Shown here: piece by piece, positions 1 through 12,100 of the stretch | Layout of the letters: each line of letters begins with the position of its first letter | Position numbering within the stretch: the first letter of the stretch is position 1 | Source: Tubiluchus corallicola | Lineage: Eukaryota > Animalia > Priapulida | Reading direction: 5' to 3' | Length of the DNA: 64,000 nt | NCBI GenBank assembly: GCA_030141605.1 | Contig: JAQGDQ010000118.1 | Location: 62,001 to 126,000, forward strand | Program-made: the position numbers and the translations under genes | The notes under the pieces: model-generated | The model's input: only the letters and a program-made list of their open reading frames with translations | Database searches by the model: none | Told to the model about the DNA's origin: nothing

Positions 1-229
1 AGTAATTACAATTTAGGTTTAATGGGCTACAGTATTTAGGCATTTATTCCAATACTTATGTAACCTAGAAATAAATAAACACTCATTGCCAAATATATTA
101 CCTATCAATTTATTGTAAGTGTTAGTAGCTCTAATTTTAGTGGATAAATAGATCTTCTATTACTAAAATCAAAATATGGCAAGTTTAGATCAACACACAT
201 TTGTCTAACCGAGTATTCATAGTGTAGAT

Positions 230-888
230 CAGTGGTTCCCAACCAGGGGTACGCAACAGCAATGCCAGGGGTACGCAGAAGGTATGTCAGATCGACACAT
301 TTTTTCTTTCTGTAGCCGGTGAAAAGGGTAAAATACACCAAGTTGCAGCATCGCGATATAGATGAAGTTCAAGACCACGTCACTAGAGAAGTTCTGGACA
401 CAGCTAGGTACAGACTTCAATGGACTGAAAATTGCGGCTTTCGAGGTGTTGGTTCCATTTGTGACAACATACAAATGTGAACTAGGCTTCAGTGCAATGC
501 TACATTTGAAGACAAAGGCAAGAAACCGTTTGGATTTGAGGAGCGACATGCGAATCGCAATATCAACAATTAAACCTGATATCAAAAAACTTGTTGATAA
601 TCATCAAGAACAGCGTGCGCATTAATTATGACTGCTGTGAAGATCGCGTTTCCTTGTATTGATGTTTTCATATTCAAGAAAGTTGTTCAAATTACGTATT
701 TCTTAATAATCAGTGATAAAATTCATGTTTTCAAAAAAAGTTAAAATAAAAAAATGTCGATAATATTAATCGTTGCTTTCTGGAAACTGGTTTTTCAAAC
801 GATTTGTTGAAAAATATCAGGTGGGGGTACGCTGAAGATCGCCACATTTAGAAGGGGTACTTGGCAAGGAAAAGGTTGGGAACCACTG
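230..888 (+). mobile_element. Non-autonomous hAT (Buster/Charlie-type) DNA transposon, internal deletion derivative carrying the transposase C-terminus
   Basis: Perfect 15-bp TIRs CAGTGGTTCCCAACC (230-244) / GGTTGGGAACCACTG (874-888); perfect 8-bp TSD GTGTAGAT (222-229, 889-896); ORF 362-625 (LEKFW...VLVPFVTTYKCELGFSAMLHLKTKARNRLDL) is the hAT C-terminal dimerisation domain. Confidence 0.93.
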
Positions 889-1101
889 GTGTAGATTAAA
901 TAAACTTCTGCTCCCTTTATTATACGCAACTTTTGAGCTATTGTCATAAAAGTTGTTTCACAATGCAGCACAAGAAAAGTTACAACAATATGCTTTGAAC
1001 AAAGTTTGTTTGACGTCTGTAGTACAGTTAGAAAAATGTCGACGCTGATGGTCAACATCCGTATTGTCTGCTTTATCTGAGAGAGCTATGTAGTTCGGGC
1101 A

Positions 1102-2465
1102 GTTGATTGATTGATTGGTTACTATTTATTTCAGCATAAAAACATACAATTAAAATTTACAATGACTAAAACTAGAAATATTAAGAATTACTGTATACGA
1201 AATGTGAGTAAAAGCATTTTAAATTTACAATGTCATCAAGAAGTTAAGACATTAATTTAAAAAATTTAGATTTAAAATGCACATCAGCATTCACAATAGA
1301 AAGTAAAATAATTACAAAGGTTGGCACATATAGTAGATACACTACAATCACATCTAAGCGAAATAGTTTATTTTAAGCAACTTAGATAAGCGAAATAGAT
1401 TATTATAAGCAACTCTTAGTCTGTTCAACACATCATTACTGTAATTTTCACATTATTATTTGAACAGCATGAGAATTTTGTAATGAGCAAGTTTACACAA
1501 ATATAAAATAGTCTTATCTGATTTTCAATGTCAGTATTATCATTCATGTCAGTGCGCAAGACATGTCCAAGATACTTTTCCTGCACACTCACAGGAACTG
1601 CATTGCCATATAGAAACACATCTCCTGGACTATTGTTCTGAAATTTTTTTTCTTTGTTTTCCTAGTGTTAAAGTGAATATTGTGAATCTCTGAATATCTT
1701 ACACAATAGTCTAAAATTTCCTGTAAACATATATCATAGAGGTAAAAATTATTATGTTATCTTCATACAAGATATGATTTGCAGTTGATTCACCTACCCG
1801 ACAGCTCTTCATTTTATTTAATTTTGATGAAAATCGTTTACATAGACATTAACGAGATGATGTAATAGTACCCTATCTTGCCTTCGTCCATTTGTTATAT
1901 TAAAACCGTCATAGACAGTCCGACCTTATTTAACAAACAGTTGCTGACTACTGTACCAAGAAAACAAAGAATTAATCACGGTAACTGGAAAACTATATTT
2001 TTTTAGCTTATCAAACAGTACTGCATGATTCACACGATCAAAAACTTTACTAGCGTCTAGGAGACAAGCATGTACAGCACTATTGCTATCAATGTAATAT
2101 TGAATCAGTTCTTTACATGCATAAACAGCAAGTTCAGTTCCAAGAGCTTTCTTATATCCAAACTGTGCATCATTAGTAACAAAATGTTTGCTACATTTAG
2201 TAACAATTATTCTTTCAAGTATTTTACTTAATAGACTGGCAACAGCAATAGGCCTGTAATTATCGACTGAAGAGATATTTCCCATTTTGTTTTTAGCAAT
2301 AGGTGTGAGCATAGAATCTGCTACAGATTTAGGTATGTGTTGATGTTTTAGCACAGCATTAAATAAACAAGTAAGGTGAACAGCCGTACCAGGACCAGCT
2401 TTAAGAAAATGTTCAGAGTTTAAGCCATCATATCCAGTAGATTTACCAGTTTTCAACTTGCTTAG
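1102..2465 (-). mobile_element. 5'-truncated, decayed non-LTR retrotransposon (LINE, CR1/L2-group RT)
   Basis: ORF 1926-2456 has RT motifs KTGKSTGYDG, NYRPIA, QFGY, LDASKVFDRVNH; ORF 1425-1619 is the post-RT region (KYLG); 3' end on the minus strand has AATAAA followed by a (CAAT)n tail at about 1102-1131. Confidence 0.88.
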
Positions 2466-2497
2466 AGGTTTTCATGTCATCGTCCTTTCCTTTTCAG

Positions 2498-5400
2498 CTT
2501 TGTTTCGGATTTGCTTCTTCCGTCGCCACTTCTGCCTTACAAAATGTTCTCTACATTGACACGGCATGTTCATTTACAGCAGAGCGGATTTTTCAGATTA
2601 TGACAGCTCACTCACCGAACACTCTAAGCAAGGTTAAGTATACTTGCAAATGTAAATACAGTTTTCTGGTTATTGCTTCTTATCAAAATAGGTGCGCCAT
2701 AGTTTACTTGTAAATATAGGATATTTAAATGAGAATTTAGTTGTGCATACACACCGATGTTACAAACCAGGTGTATGGTACTGAGCACAATGAAGGAGTA
2801 CTTATCGATATTTTTGCGTAATGAGGTTGAAAAGTTTTTTACTATTTCAGGATGAGCTGACTGCAGCTTTAAATAGAATAAGAGTTGTACAAGTTTTTGG
2901 ACTAGATGAATTATTTCAGATTTTAAAGCAAGTCCACGAATCACATGAGGTATTGCAAAACTCTTATCTGATATTTTGTGTTTAGATGCACTATGTACGT
3001 TGTAATAAAGTTGCAATGATTTTCACAATAGAAATAGTAAGAAAAACTATCCAAAACTTGTTCGCATAAGATGCTGTATCAGTATCGAAAACTACGTATC
3101 TTGCAGAGCATTTAGCACCTTCCGTTATGCCAGTGAAACCACTCACTTGAAGGTTTGTTCAAATAGCTCAGTCACCTCAGCCACCATGCTTAACTGTAAT
3201 TGACGTTTAACTGAAATAGGCCTTTTCGCAGTTCCAGCTTTTGATGATGATCACAAAAAGGTAAAGGTCAAAGTGCCTCGCAGCCCAAGCTACTATAATA
3301 CTTATAGTTTTAACAGCTAGGTAGAACCTTACCTAGTTCATTTTTTCTTTTTCCCAAGCAAACTTCTGCTAGTAAATCACTCTATGCACAGACTAATGCA
3401 TAATTAAGTTAGTAAAGTCCACATAAAACAACTGAAGTAACTGAACTGATACGGCAGATGGCTTTGCTTTACACACGTCTCGTGAAGGTTGTAGTTAAGA
3501 CGCATTGCTGTGGTACACTTAACCTTCGACCTGCAGCAACTGCGTGTGCGTACAACATAATTGTAAAAAGCCTTATTATTTTAATGTTTGAGTTTAAATT
3601 AAAAATACGTAATACCTAGGATGTGTATTTAAGTACATCTAATGTACAAATGAATTGGAATTTGACCAGTCCCTGACAGTAACTATAATACTTACAAAAG
3701 TTTATAATTGTTAAATTGTTATTATAGCCATCTAGTGTTACAGGAAGATGAATTTTTCGGATGTGTGAAAGCAGTGATAATAGATTCCATAACTGCTGTC
3801 GTGGCTCCCCTACTGGGTGGAAAACAAGTACAAGGTACGTTTTCACCACTACCATTTAGTCAGTTTATGAATGTTCTATTTGCTCTTCATCAAGTTGTTA
3901 AATATTATGAATTTCATTAAGGACATATCCAGCTAAAAATAAATCCAAGACACGTGATGGACAGTCATTCGGAATAATATGAATGTGCCATTTGAATATG
4001 TAAAAAACTTGCAACTTACCATTCTAGAACATTTGACAAGTTTGGCATGTCGAACAGGCATGCTGCAACAAAGTCTTGTAGCCCCAGATTGCTCGTCCAC
4101 AGAAAGTAAGTCGGATATTTGAAACATGAGACCATGCATTGCTCATTGATGGCCGAGTCTACAATTGCCAAAATCACCGCACTATGTATTATCATAAATA
4201 CATTTCGCTCCCAGTAAGGAAAAAATATATCAGTGTTTTAAAACTGCCTATTTCAACTCTACTTTTGTCAATAATACATCTGAAACAAACATACATGTAT
4301 ATCAATTATCCATTTTGAACACTAACAATCCAATAAGTTACTAGTCTTGCTATCTTAATTTTCTATAAGTACTACAACAAATAGCTTCAGATGGCTGGAT
4401 TTCAAAATAACTTCATTTTTTAATCTTTTTTTATTTTAAGGTTAATTATGGGTATTCGAGGTTTAGGACGGGATTGGGGTTCGGGTCAGGTTCAGTGGCT
4501 CGGGATCGGGGTATGGGATAGTAAGTGAGTTCCAAGTCGTGCCGGTTACATTATTATGACAGAATTTTAGTAATTTATTTTATGGTATGACAACAGGTGA
4601 AATATTTTTGAGCATTTTTAATCCATGGCATTCCATTTTCCGTTAGTAGCTGAGTGGTTATAGTGCAAACTTGGCTGTGGTAGTTAAGCACTGTCAAGGC
4701 TGGTTAGTAAACGGAGGGAAAATTACTTCAGGGCACAGCCTCATTTGTCATATTGTCTCCAACTACTATCTTGTTGTATGTGTATATGTATCCAAATTAA
4801 CTAAAACACCATTGGCCTTTTTACGTTCTTACCTCACGGGATTTCTTGGGCAGTGAAATAGGCTTTGGCTTTGCTACACAACACACCATTAGTAATGGGA
4901 CTTGCTATTGTGTGTGAAATACTAACCTGCCTTGTGCTGATCTGAGTATAAAACCTTGCAGGGAATCATTGAATTATCACTTTGTCTGTCAATTCTTGAA
5001 ACATACAGTGCTACCACTTTTCTACCATCATAAAAAGTCATATAATTCTTAAGAGTCTGAAGACCATTCATCATTCATTATTGTGTTCCAAACTTCCCAC
5101 CCTAACAATATTATTAAGTATAGTTTGTTATTATCTGTAGGTGTCTGTATTGCAGACATAGAGGTTAGAAATTAACTTGAATATTTTTTACTTATGATAT
5201 ATTTTAGCGACATTAACACAACTTGAAGTAAACTTACTGCAAGTTCTTTAAATAATCTAGAATAACTTTCTTTTGTTTGTCAGTAAAAATATTCTTTAAG
5301 ACGTACTGCTATTTACTATTTATTACAAACCAAATTAGCAAATATTTCAATGCAACTGTAGTGAAAAAACAGATTTTTTGTCAAATGTTGCCAAAACTTG

Positions 5401-7655
5401 AGACCCTACAAACATAAAGGATCCTAGTTTGCAGCCTATACTAGCTTATAGAATAATCTGGCCCTGATGAAATTAATTTCATTATGAAATTATCAGCAGT
5501 CAGTTACCACTTGTACCACCAAAGCAAGAATGTGAAATTTTCTTACTTGACCTAAAAGTCTTTTGTCAATGCAAGACTCGACTTTTAACGTGGTGACGAC
5601 TGACGACTCTATTTAATGACGACAATAAGTAAAAACAAGGGATTGACAACTGGACATATGAATATGCATGCAATTATTTAATAAATATGGTATTGTTTGA
5701 ATACTTTATTGTTAATTTTTGTGATTTTCAGGGCACGGTAAAATGATGCAGTTGTCACGGGAACTAAAAACCTTGTGTATGGAGCATTCCATTGCCGTTC
5801 TGGTGCGTTTGTATTGCGTTTCAGCGAAAATTTCAAACTAATCAGAACATAAGCTCAAATTATGCAAAGTTTTTAACATAACAAATTCTCCATTATTGTA
5901 TTCCCATAGCAACCTTTAATGTTAACAAATCATCATTAAATGAAGCCATATTTCTGTCGAAAATGGTAAATGATTAAGTGATAATGAATAAAGTTTATTT
6001 TTTAAGAGATTACTTTCTTAAGAGATACTTGATTGTACAGAGTAGCACTGTACAATAAATCTCATAATTACAATTAATACCTGAAATATGAAACATGTAA
6101 ACATAAAGTGCAGCATATCTTACTAGCAGCCAAGTTAATTTACACCAAGCTTTGCCAATTAGTAAATGGAGAAGTATAAAAACATTAATGACATCAGACA
6201 ATACCACTCATGGAGTTTTTTCAGTCACCAGACGTAGAGTTTCCATGTCTAGAGCAGTGCTGAGACATGGTTGGCAGTAGTACAGCCACAGAAATTATTT
6301 ATAGTCCTAACTTAAATCAAGGTTTGTATTTTATTTGCTTCAGGTTACTAATACAGTGGTGCCATCTGACATGTCTCGGCCATCAATGGGCAATGCATGG
6401 TCTCATGTTCCAAATACTCGACTTTTGCTTTCTGTGGATGAACAATCTGCGCCTACAAGACTTAGTTTCAGCTCACCTATTCGACATGCCAAACTTGTCA
6501 AATGTTCTAGAATGGTAAGTTGCAAGTTTTTTACATATTGAAATTTGCACACTCGTATTATTCTGATTGACTTTCCATCACGTATCTTGGATTTATTTTT
6601 AGCTAGAAATGTTCTTAGTTGGTTTGTTAATGAACTCAACGTGGTATCAATATTTAGCAGCTTGTTATGTACAACAAGCCATGATGTTCCAAATTGTCAC
6701 TCATAACACTTGTGATTGGACTGCAAGAAATGCTAATGTTTTGCAATATTCTGTTTTATATCCCTTTTCAATGTCATATTCCAAGATACAAAAGTTCAGA
6801 TAGTATGATTTTTTACATTTTAGTACGGTTTAATGCATGAAATGTACTATACGTAAGTAACTAAGTTTATTAAAACAAACACATTACAGTTAAAAGAACT
6901 GAATTACTGTGTTTATACAAATGGTAAAAAGAATAAAATTAAATTAAAAGGCCTCAATATTTTGTTAAACAATATAAGTTTTACACGCATCTTTAATGAA
7001 AATACAAGTTATTTGTCAACCATCGAGAAATCTAACTAAATTTTCCAAAACGTTTCGCTTGATTTTCTGTGATCTTTGTCATTCATTAATTTAATTATAT
7101 GTTGTAAAAGCAACGTATGATATCTATCAGTTCTACATTTTTCTTCAACATATTTTTCTTTAGTGACGAAAAACGTACTACTGATAGATATTATACATCG
7201 TCTTTACGATATTTAATTAGATTATCGAATGGCAAAAATCACAGTAAATCAAACGAAACATTCTGGAAAATTTAGTTAGATTTAGTGCAAGTTTCCAGTT
7301 TATCTACATTGATTGTGATAATTGTGCATGTGTTGCTAGAATTTATAATTTATCTGCAGAATCTGTCAGTTGGCAAGTAAGGTCGCTTTTGAGGTAGTGG
7401 AAACTATTAGAAATGAAAATTGTAAAAGTTTTATGCTGCATCCATTTCTGCTTCATGCTTTTATCTTGTTTGTAAAACAGCTTGAAGGATTAGATTCAAT
7501 ACATTATGCACCTATTCCGTAATAAATAATGAAATGCAATGCTTTTCTTCATAAATTCTATTTGATGAAAAGTTCTCAAATATTTTCAGGCTGTGCCAAA
7601 GTCTGTCGTCTTTCAAATCACTGACAGTGGAATACAGGAGGCAGCATCTGCATAA
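2498..7655 (+). CDS. RAD51D: RAD51 paralog D, 3' six coding exons (5' exons not found, presumably upstream of the window)
   Basis: Exons 2498-2632, 2851-2949, 3744-3834, 5732-5802, 6344-6514, 7590-7655(TAA), all GT-AG and in phase. Peptide ...QNVLYIDTACSFTAERIFQ...LNRIRVVQVFG...KAVIIDSITAVVAPLLGG...MMQLSRELKTL...AVLVTN...RPSMGNAWSHVPNTRLLL...LVKCSRM matches RAD51D (Walker B VIIDS). Confidence 0.92.
3218..3575. mobile_element. Interspersed MITE-like repeat, copy 1 (copy 2 at about 11614-11981)
   Basis: Colinear blocks shared with 11614-11981 (TAGTTTTAACAGCTAG...AACCTTACCTAGTTCAT, AAAACAACTGAAGT, GGTTGTAGTTAAGACGCATTGCTGTGG); imperfect terminal inverted ends AGGCCTTTTCGCAGTT...AATTGTAAAAAGCCT. 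Confidence 0.75.
3880..4158 (-). pseudogene. Inverted partial duplicate of RAD51D exon 6344-6514 plus the start of the following intron
   Basis: Reverse complement aligns to about 6375-6670; translation LLSVDEQSGATRLCCSMPVRHAKLVKCSRM vs LLSVDEQSAPTRLSFSSPIRHAKLVKCSRM; lacks the exon's acceptor and has a frameshifting indel. Confidence 0.9.
4642..4970 (+). mobile_element. Probable SINE with tRNA-like A box followed by a 5S rRNA-derived segment
   Basis: TAGCTGAGTGGT (4647-4658) resembles a Pol III A box; AGTTAAGCACTGTCAAGGCTGGTTAGTAAACGGAGGGAA (4682-4720) resembles the 5S internal control region. 3' boundary is a guess. Confidence 0.5.
7028..7283. repeat. Long imperfect inverted repeat (fold-back, MITE-like), arms about 120 bp
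   Basis: AAATCTAACTAAATTTTCCA... at 7028 pairs with ...TGGAAAATTTAGTTAGATTT at 7283; inner matches TTCTGTGAT/ATCACAGTA and ATATCTATCAGT/ACTGATAGATAT; short central loop near 7150-7163. Confidence 0.85.
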
Positions 7656-9111
7656 GACAAAGGCCTTAACATCATGGGAAATGAACAAAACTCGTGGCTT
7701 GCTTTGTTGTAATTATACAGGAATTTATTGTTTTAAGTTAATTGTCATTAAACGCAGTATTTTCAATTGTTCACATTGTGAAGAAAATCAAATCAAAAGT
7801 AAAAATGAACAAAATTATTTCCATTTACGGAATTCTAAGGCAACTTACGTAAATATATAACTCAATTTTGATATAAATTCGCTGCAGTATACATATGTAG
7901 CTATATTTGTTAGACTTATAATAAATAAGTATTTATTTACACAAACTAATAGTAAGATGTTAATTTACATATTTGTTTATAGAGGAAAGGCTAGTACCCG
8001 CTTGTGAAACCTAATGCATCAAAGCTCACAAGACGTGTCTTAGTTAAAAAAAAAAATTTGCAAGTTAACTGGAGTTGTGTAACTTAAAGTAAAGATTTCT
8101 TAATGTGTCCGATTTTTGTTTAAAATTAATTTCGTCTCCAACTCTGTGAAAAATGGAAGTAGGCATTATGCTTAAATATAGTGCAGTAGCAGTTTCTAAG
8201 TTACTTAAATATACATCACAACAATTAACAAACACTGCTTACTAACAAAAAAATAGTTGCATATGCAACAATGTCATGAACTTATTTGCAGTTAAAGTAA
8301 TGATGTATCAGTTACTTATCACCAAATATTATGCACCTATTGAAGTTGTTGGCATTCAAGCCAAAAGATGGCAGAGCCTGTACAGAATCATGTACTCAAT
8401 TTTCCACTGAAGTCTAATTCATTTTATCAATTAATTCATTACAGAACTAATCTTATCTATATGCAGTTATCTATATATCTATATTTGATATATGCAGTTA
8501 TCTATATTCCAAAGTTTAGTCACATGCAGGCAGTACATAGGTTTTTGCTAGAAGGGTACAAAAACGACGAATAATTACAGAACAGTTTATTGCATCAAAG
8601 TACTGCAGATACAATAGACAATATATCATGCCCTCTACATTGAGTCTGGAAACCTCGTGCATCTCCCACAGCCTGCAAATTTGAGAGTATAATCAAAACA
8701 GTGAGCCAAAAAGATTGGGATTAATTCACTTTCTCGACCGAACCGAGTGTCTTGGAAATTCAAAGCCACTTCATTGAAACTCAGCCCCGTCAAACACGAC
8801 AGACTGGTTATTCAACAGACAAGCATGTGAGATCTCTTTGGCTAGAAAAATCTGTTGTGAGATCTTAAGTTGTTCGAGTCACTGTTCAGCTCACATCTCT
8901 CAAATACTGAAAGTGGAGTGAAATACGGCAAGCCTTCTAGACTAAATATAATGAACAGTTCCATACTATTACTCGCCATTTTTCTAGCCCCACTAGCCTG
9001 TATTTGTGTAAGCTACCTGTAAAATCTAGTAAAAACTGCCAGTGTCTAAATTGCCCATGCGCAACGTGCTTAGCATAACCTGAGTACAGAAGTATTCTTT
9101 CCAGGCACTTA

Positions 9112-12100
9112 CTATGTTGAATCTCTTGTCAACCAAGGTTTTTCCATTGTTTGTTGCTTGTGATAAGCAGTCATTACACGTTTAGGAGGAACTAGAGATT
9201 TTGCTAATCCCGGCCGCTTCTTTTGCTTTTTCATTGCATTAAATTCAATGTCATTGTCATTGCCTGTGCAAAGAGGATTTCCAGCAGAATTTGCTATCTG
9301 TGCTTGATGGATATTTGCTCCATATTTACAGTTATTGTGTGTCATATTCAGTTCTTTATCTGGTTGTGCAGATCCTACACTATTAAGATTGTGAGAAAAT
9401 TTACAAGCCTTTCCAAATCGACACTTGCCTTTTTTGAACTTTAGACAAATTTGTTTTTCTTTAGAATGCAACTCGTTTTCCGATAATTTCACGTGTTTTT
9501 CTAAAATGGCTTGTTTGGCTTCTTCTGCCGCTTTATACGGATTCACAAACACAGATGATAATGGTACATGTAGTTTAGTCTCAGTCACAACATCATCAAA
9601 ACTTGGCAAAAGGGTCTTTGGTGCTTGTTCCAATGGCTAAAAAATAAAGTGTTATTTGGTTACAAGGCTAATTATATCCTGTAATTATCATCGCTGTTGA
9701 TGTTGTTGCTGCTGCTACTAGTCCTACTACTACTACTACTGCTGCTACTACTTTTACTATTATTATTATTATTATTATTACAGTAGTCGCCGCTTAATAG
9801 ACTCACGGTTAATAGACTCAATCGCTTAATTGACTCAAAAACGCCTAGAACGAGCAGCTTCTATTCAAATATACATAAAAACTATCAGTAACTGACTCAA
9901 ATAACTCCACTTAATTGACTCACTTTACTTTGCTTTTGTGCACTGTAATATAGGTAGAACAATCATCTTAAGTACCGTTTTAGTTGTAAACAGGTACGTT
10001 TATCATGCGCCAATACGCTAGCGTAGTGGTTTTACTTTGAATCTGTTACCCGCTAGCCCACTGTTGCCCAAAGAATTTCTGGAAGCTAAACATTTAATCA
10101 CTTGCCTAGCGGTTTCCTTTTGATGCTCTCATTGCAAATCATGCTTTCAGGCTTAATGAGTTAACAGTCAAAGATGCAGGTACTATAATCAGTTGATATT
10201 CTTCGGGACTGACAAGACTAAACATCGTACAGCAAATAAGAGCAATGTAAGTGAGCAGACGATTCGGAACTGTTTTAGTCACGCACAACAACAGATTTTC
10301 AACGTTTTTATAATTACGAGAACTTTGTGAGCCAACTTCTTCGCGAGAAAATGAAGCAGGCAACCTTGAAGGAGTTTTGTAATTTTTGCAAATAAACAGA
10401 CTTAGAAAAGTCTATAATTTAGAAAAGTATACTTTTTAATTGTATATAAATATTCTTATTAAATATACTTATTGCTAATTCACTTACATAAACTAATATT
10501 TTAAAATATTTTTTCTAATTTTTAACTGCACAAAGGAATTTAGGGATTAGTTTGTTTCTAAAATTCATTAAAAACCGTTGCAGTGCAGCTGATGGCTCAT
10601 ACTTCTACTTGTAATACTACACCCATTGGTTAATAGGTACAGTCGGTTAATTGGGTCAAAACACGCCGGTCCCAAAATAAGTCTATTAAGCAGTGCCTAC
10701 TGTATTATTATTATTAGCATTAGCATTTATTTTGTACTCATGCTACAGCACCATACAATACAACAAAGTGAGCGAATACGATACAGTAAGTGCCAAACTG
10801 GTTAGTCTTACAAAGTTAACTAGCAAAATTTTTTAATGCTTACCTTGCTTGAGTTATTCTTGTCTTTATCACCGTTGTCAGCAACATCAGTTAGGATGTC
10901 GTCAGTATTAGCAGGAAAAAAGTACGTGGATCGTTCTATAGTTGAAGTAACTACATGGCATGTTTCATTTACACTGCAAAATAGTAAAGATCGCCATTTG
11001 GCTGAATCTCAGAATGCAAATATTACAACCATATTAGGCAAGGAAAAATTGTGAAGTATTATTTTTAGGCATATTTTTCAAAAAAGCACGAAATGACAGG
11101 ATTTTTTATTTGGAGAAATGGTGGGAGATGGAATTTATTTTCTGTGTTTCTTGATAAAAACACGCTACAGAAATTTTTCTTGATTAAACCTACACTACAA
11201 AAATTTTTGTTGATTAAACTAACAGTGTCACAACCACAGGTACTTAGGAAACAAAGCAACATTTCCCAAAAACACTCGAAGTAGCCAGGATACAACTATT
11301 ATAGCAAATGAGATTTATTAGGAAGTTATGTTTTATTTTTTAGTAGGAAAATGAGGCACATGCGACAGTAAAAAACAAGTACTGCAATGGACATTCCATA
11401 TGTGCAAATACTTCATAAAAACATATGAATGAACTCACAGAGTTATATTGTACAATTGTCACCTTGCTAATCAGATGAATGAAATATTAACAGTTCCCAA
11501 ATACAACAGAATTTTGTAAATGAATGTTTCAGATCAAAAATTTAATTTTATTACTTCCATTGTTTATTGTCTCATAACAAGCTATGTTTAAAATTCTTTG
11601 AACTATTATTACAGTAGGCTTCTTGACGGTTCCAGCGACTGATGATGATCATGTCAAAGGTTAAGTCTACCAGACAATGTATTTGCATACACTTGACAAT
11701 GCCTCGTATACCATGCTACTGTAATAGTTTTAACAGCTAGCTATAACCTTACCTAGTTCATCTTTTCTTGTTCCCAAGCAAGATCCTGCTACATACATAC
11801 TATTGCATAATTAAGTAAAGACCATGTAAAACAACTGAAGTTACTGAACTGATGGGGCAGACGGTTTTGTTTTACACACATGTCACGTGATGGTTGTAGT
11901 TAAGACGCATTGCTGTGGCACACTTAACCTTTGACCAACAGCAACTGCGCGTGTGCATAATAAAACTGTAAAAGGCTTACTAAAGGACATATCCCCAACT
12001 GCTAGGCAAGGACTCGAGATTTGAATAGTAAAATCTTGCTCTAAGACTTGAACAATGACAACTCGATCTTCGTAACCCATAAGTACCATAACCTTATTTT

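Noticed and set aside
3933-4139. Independent minus-strand RAD51D paralog gene
   Set aside because: Only part of one exon is copied, with no acceptor, a frameshift and no other exons nearby.
9223-9640. Plus-strand ORFs 9223-9444 and 9425-9640; likewise 35416-35640, 44648-44887, 50197-50424, 61531-61794, 62386-62670
   Set aside because: Antisense shadows of real coding exons.
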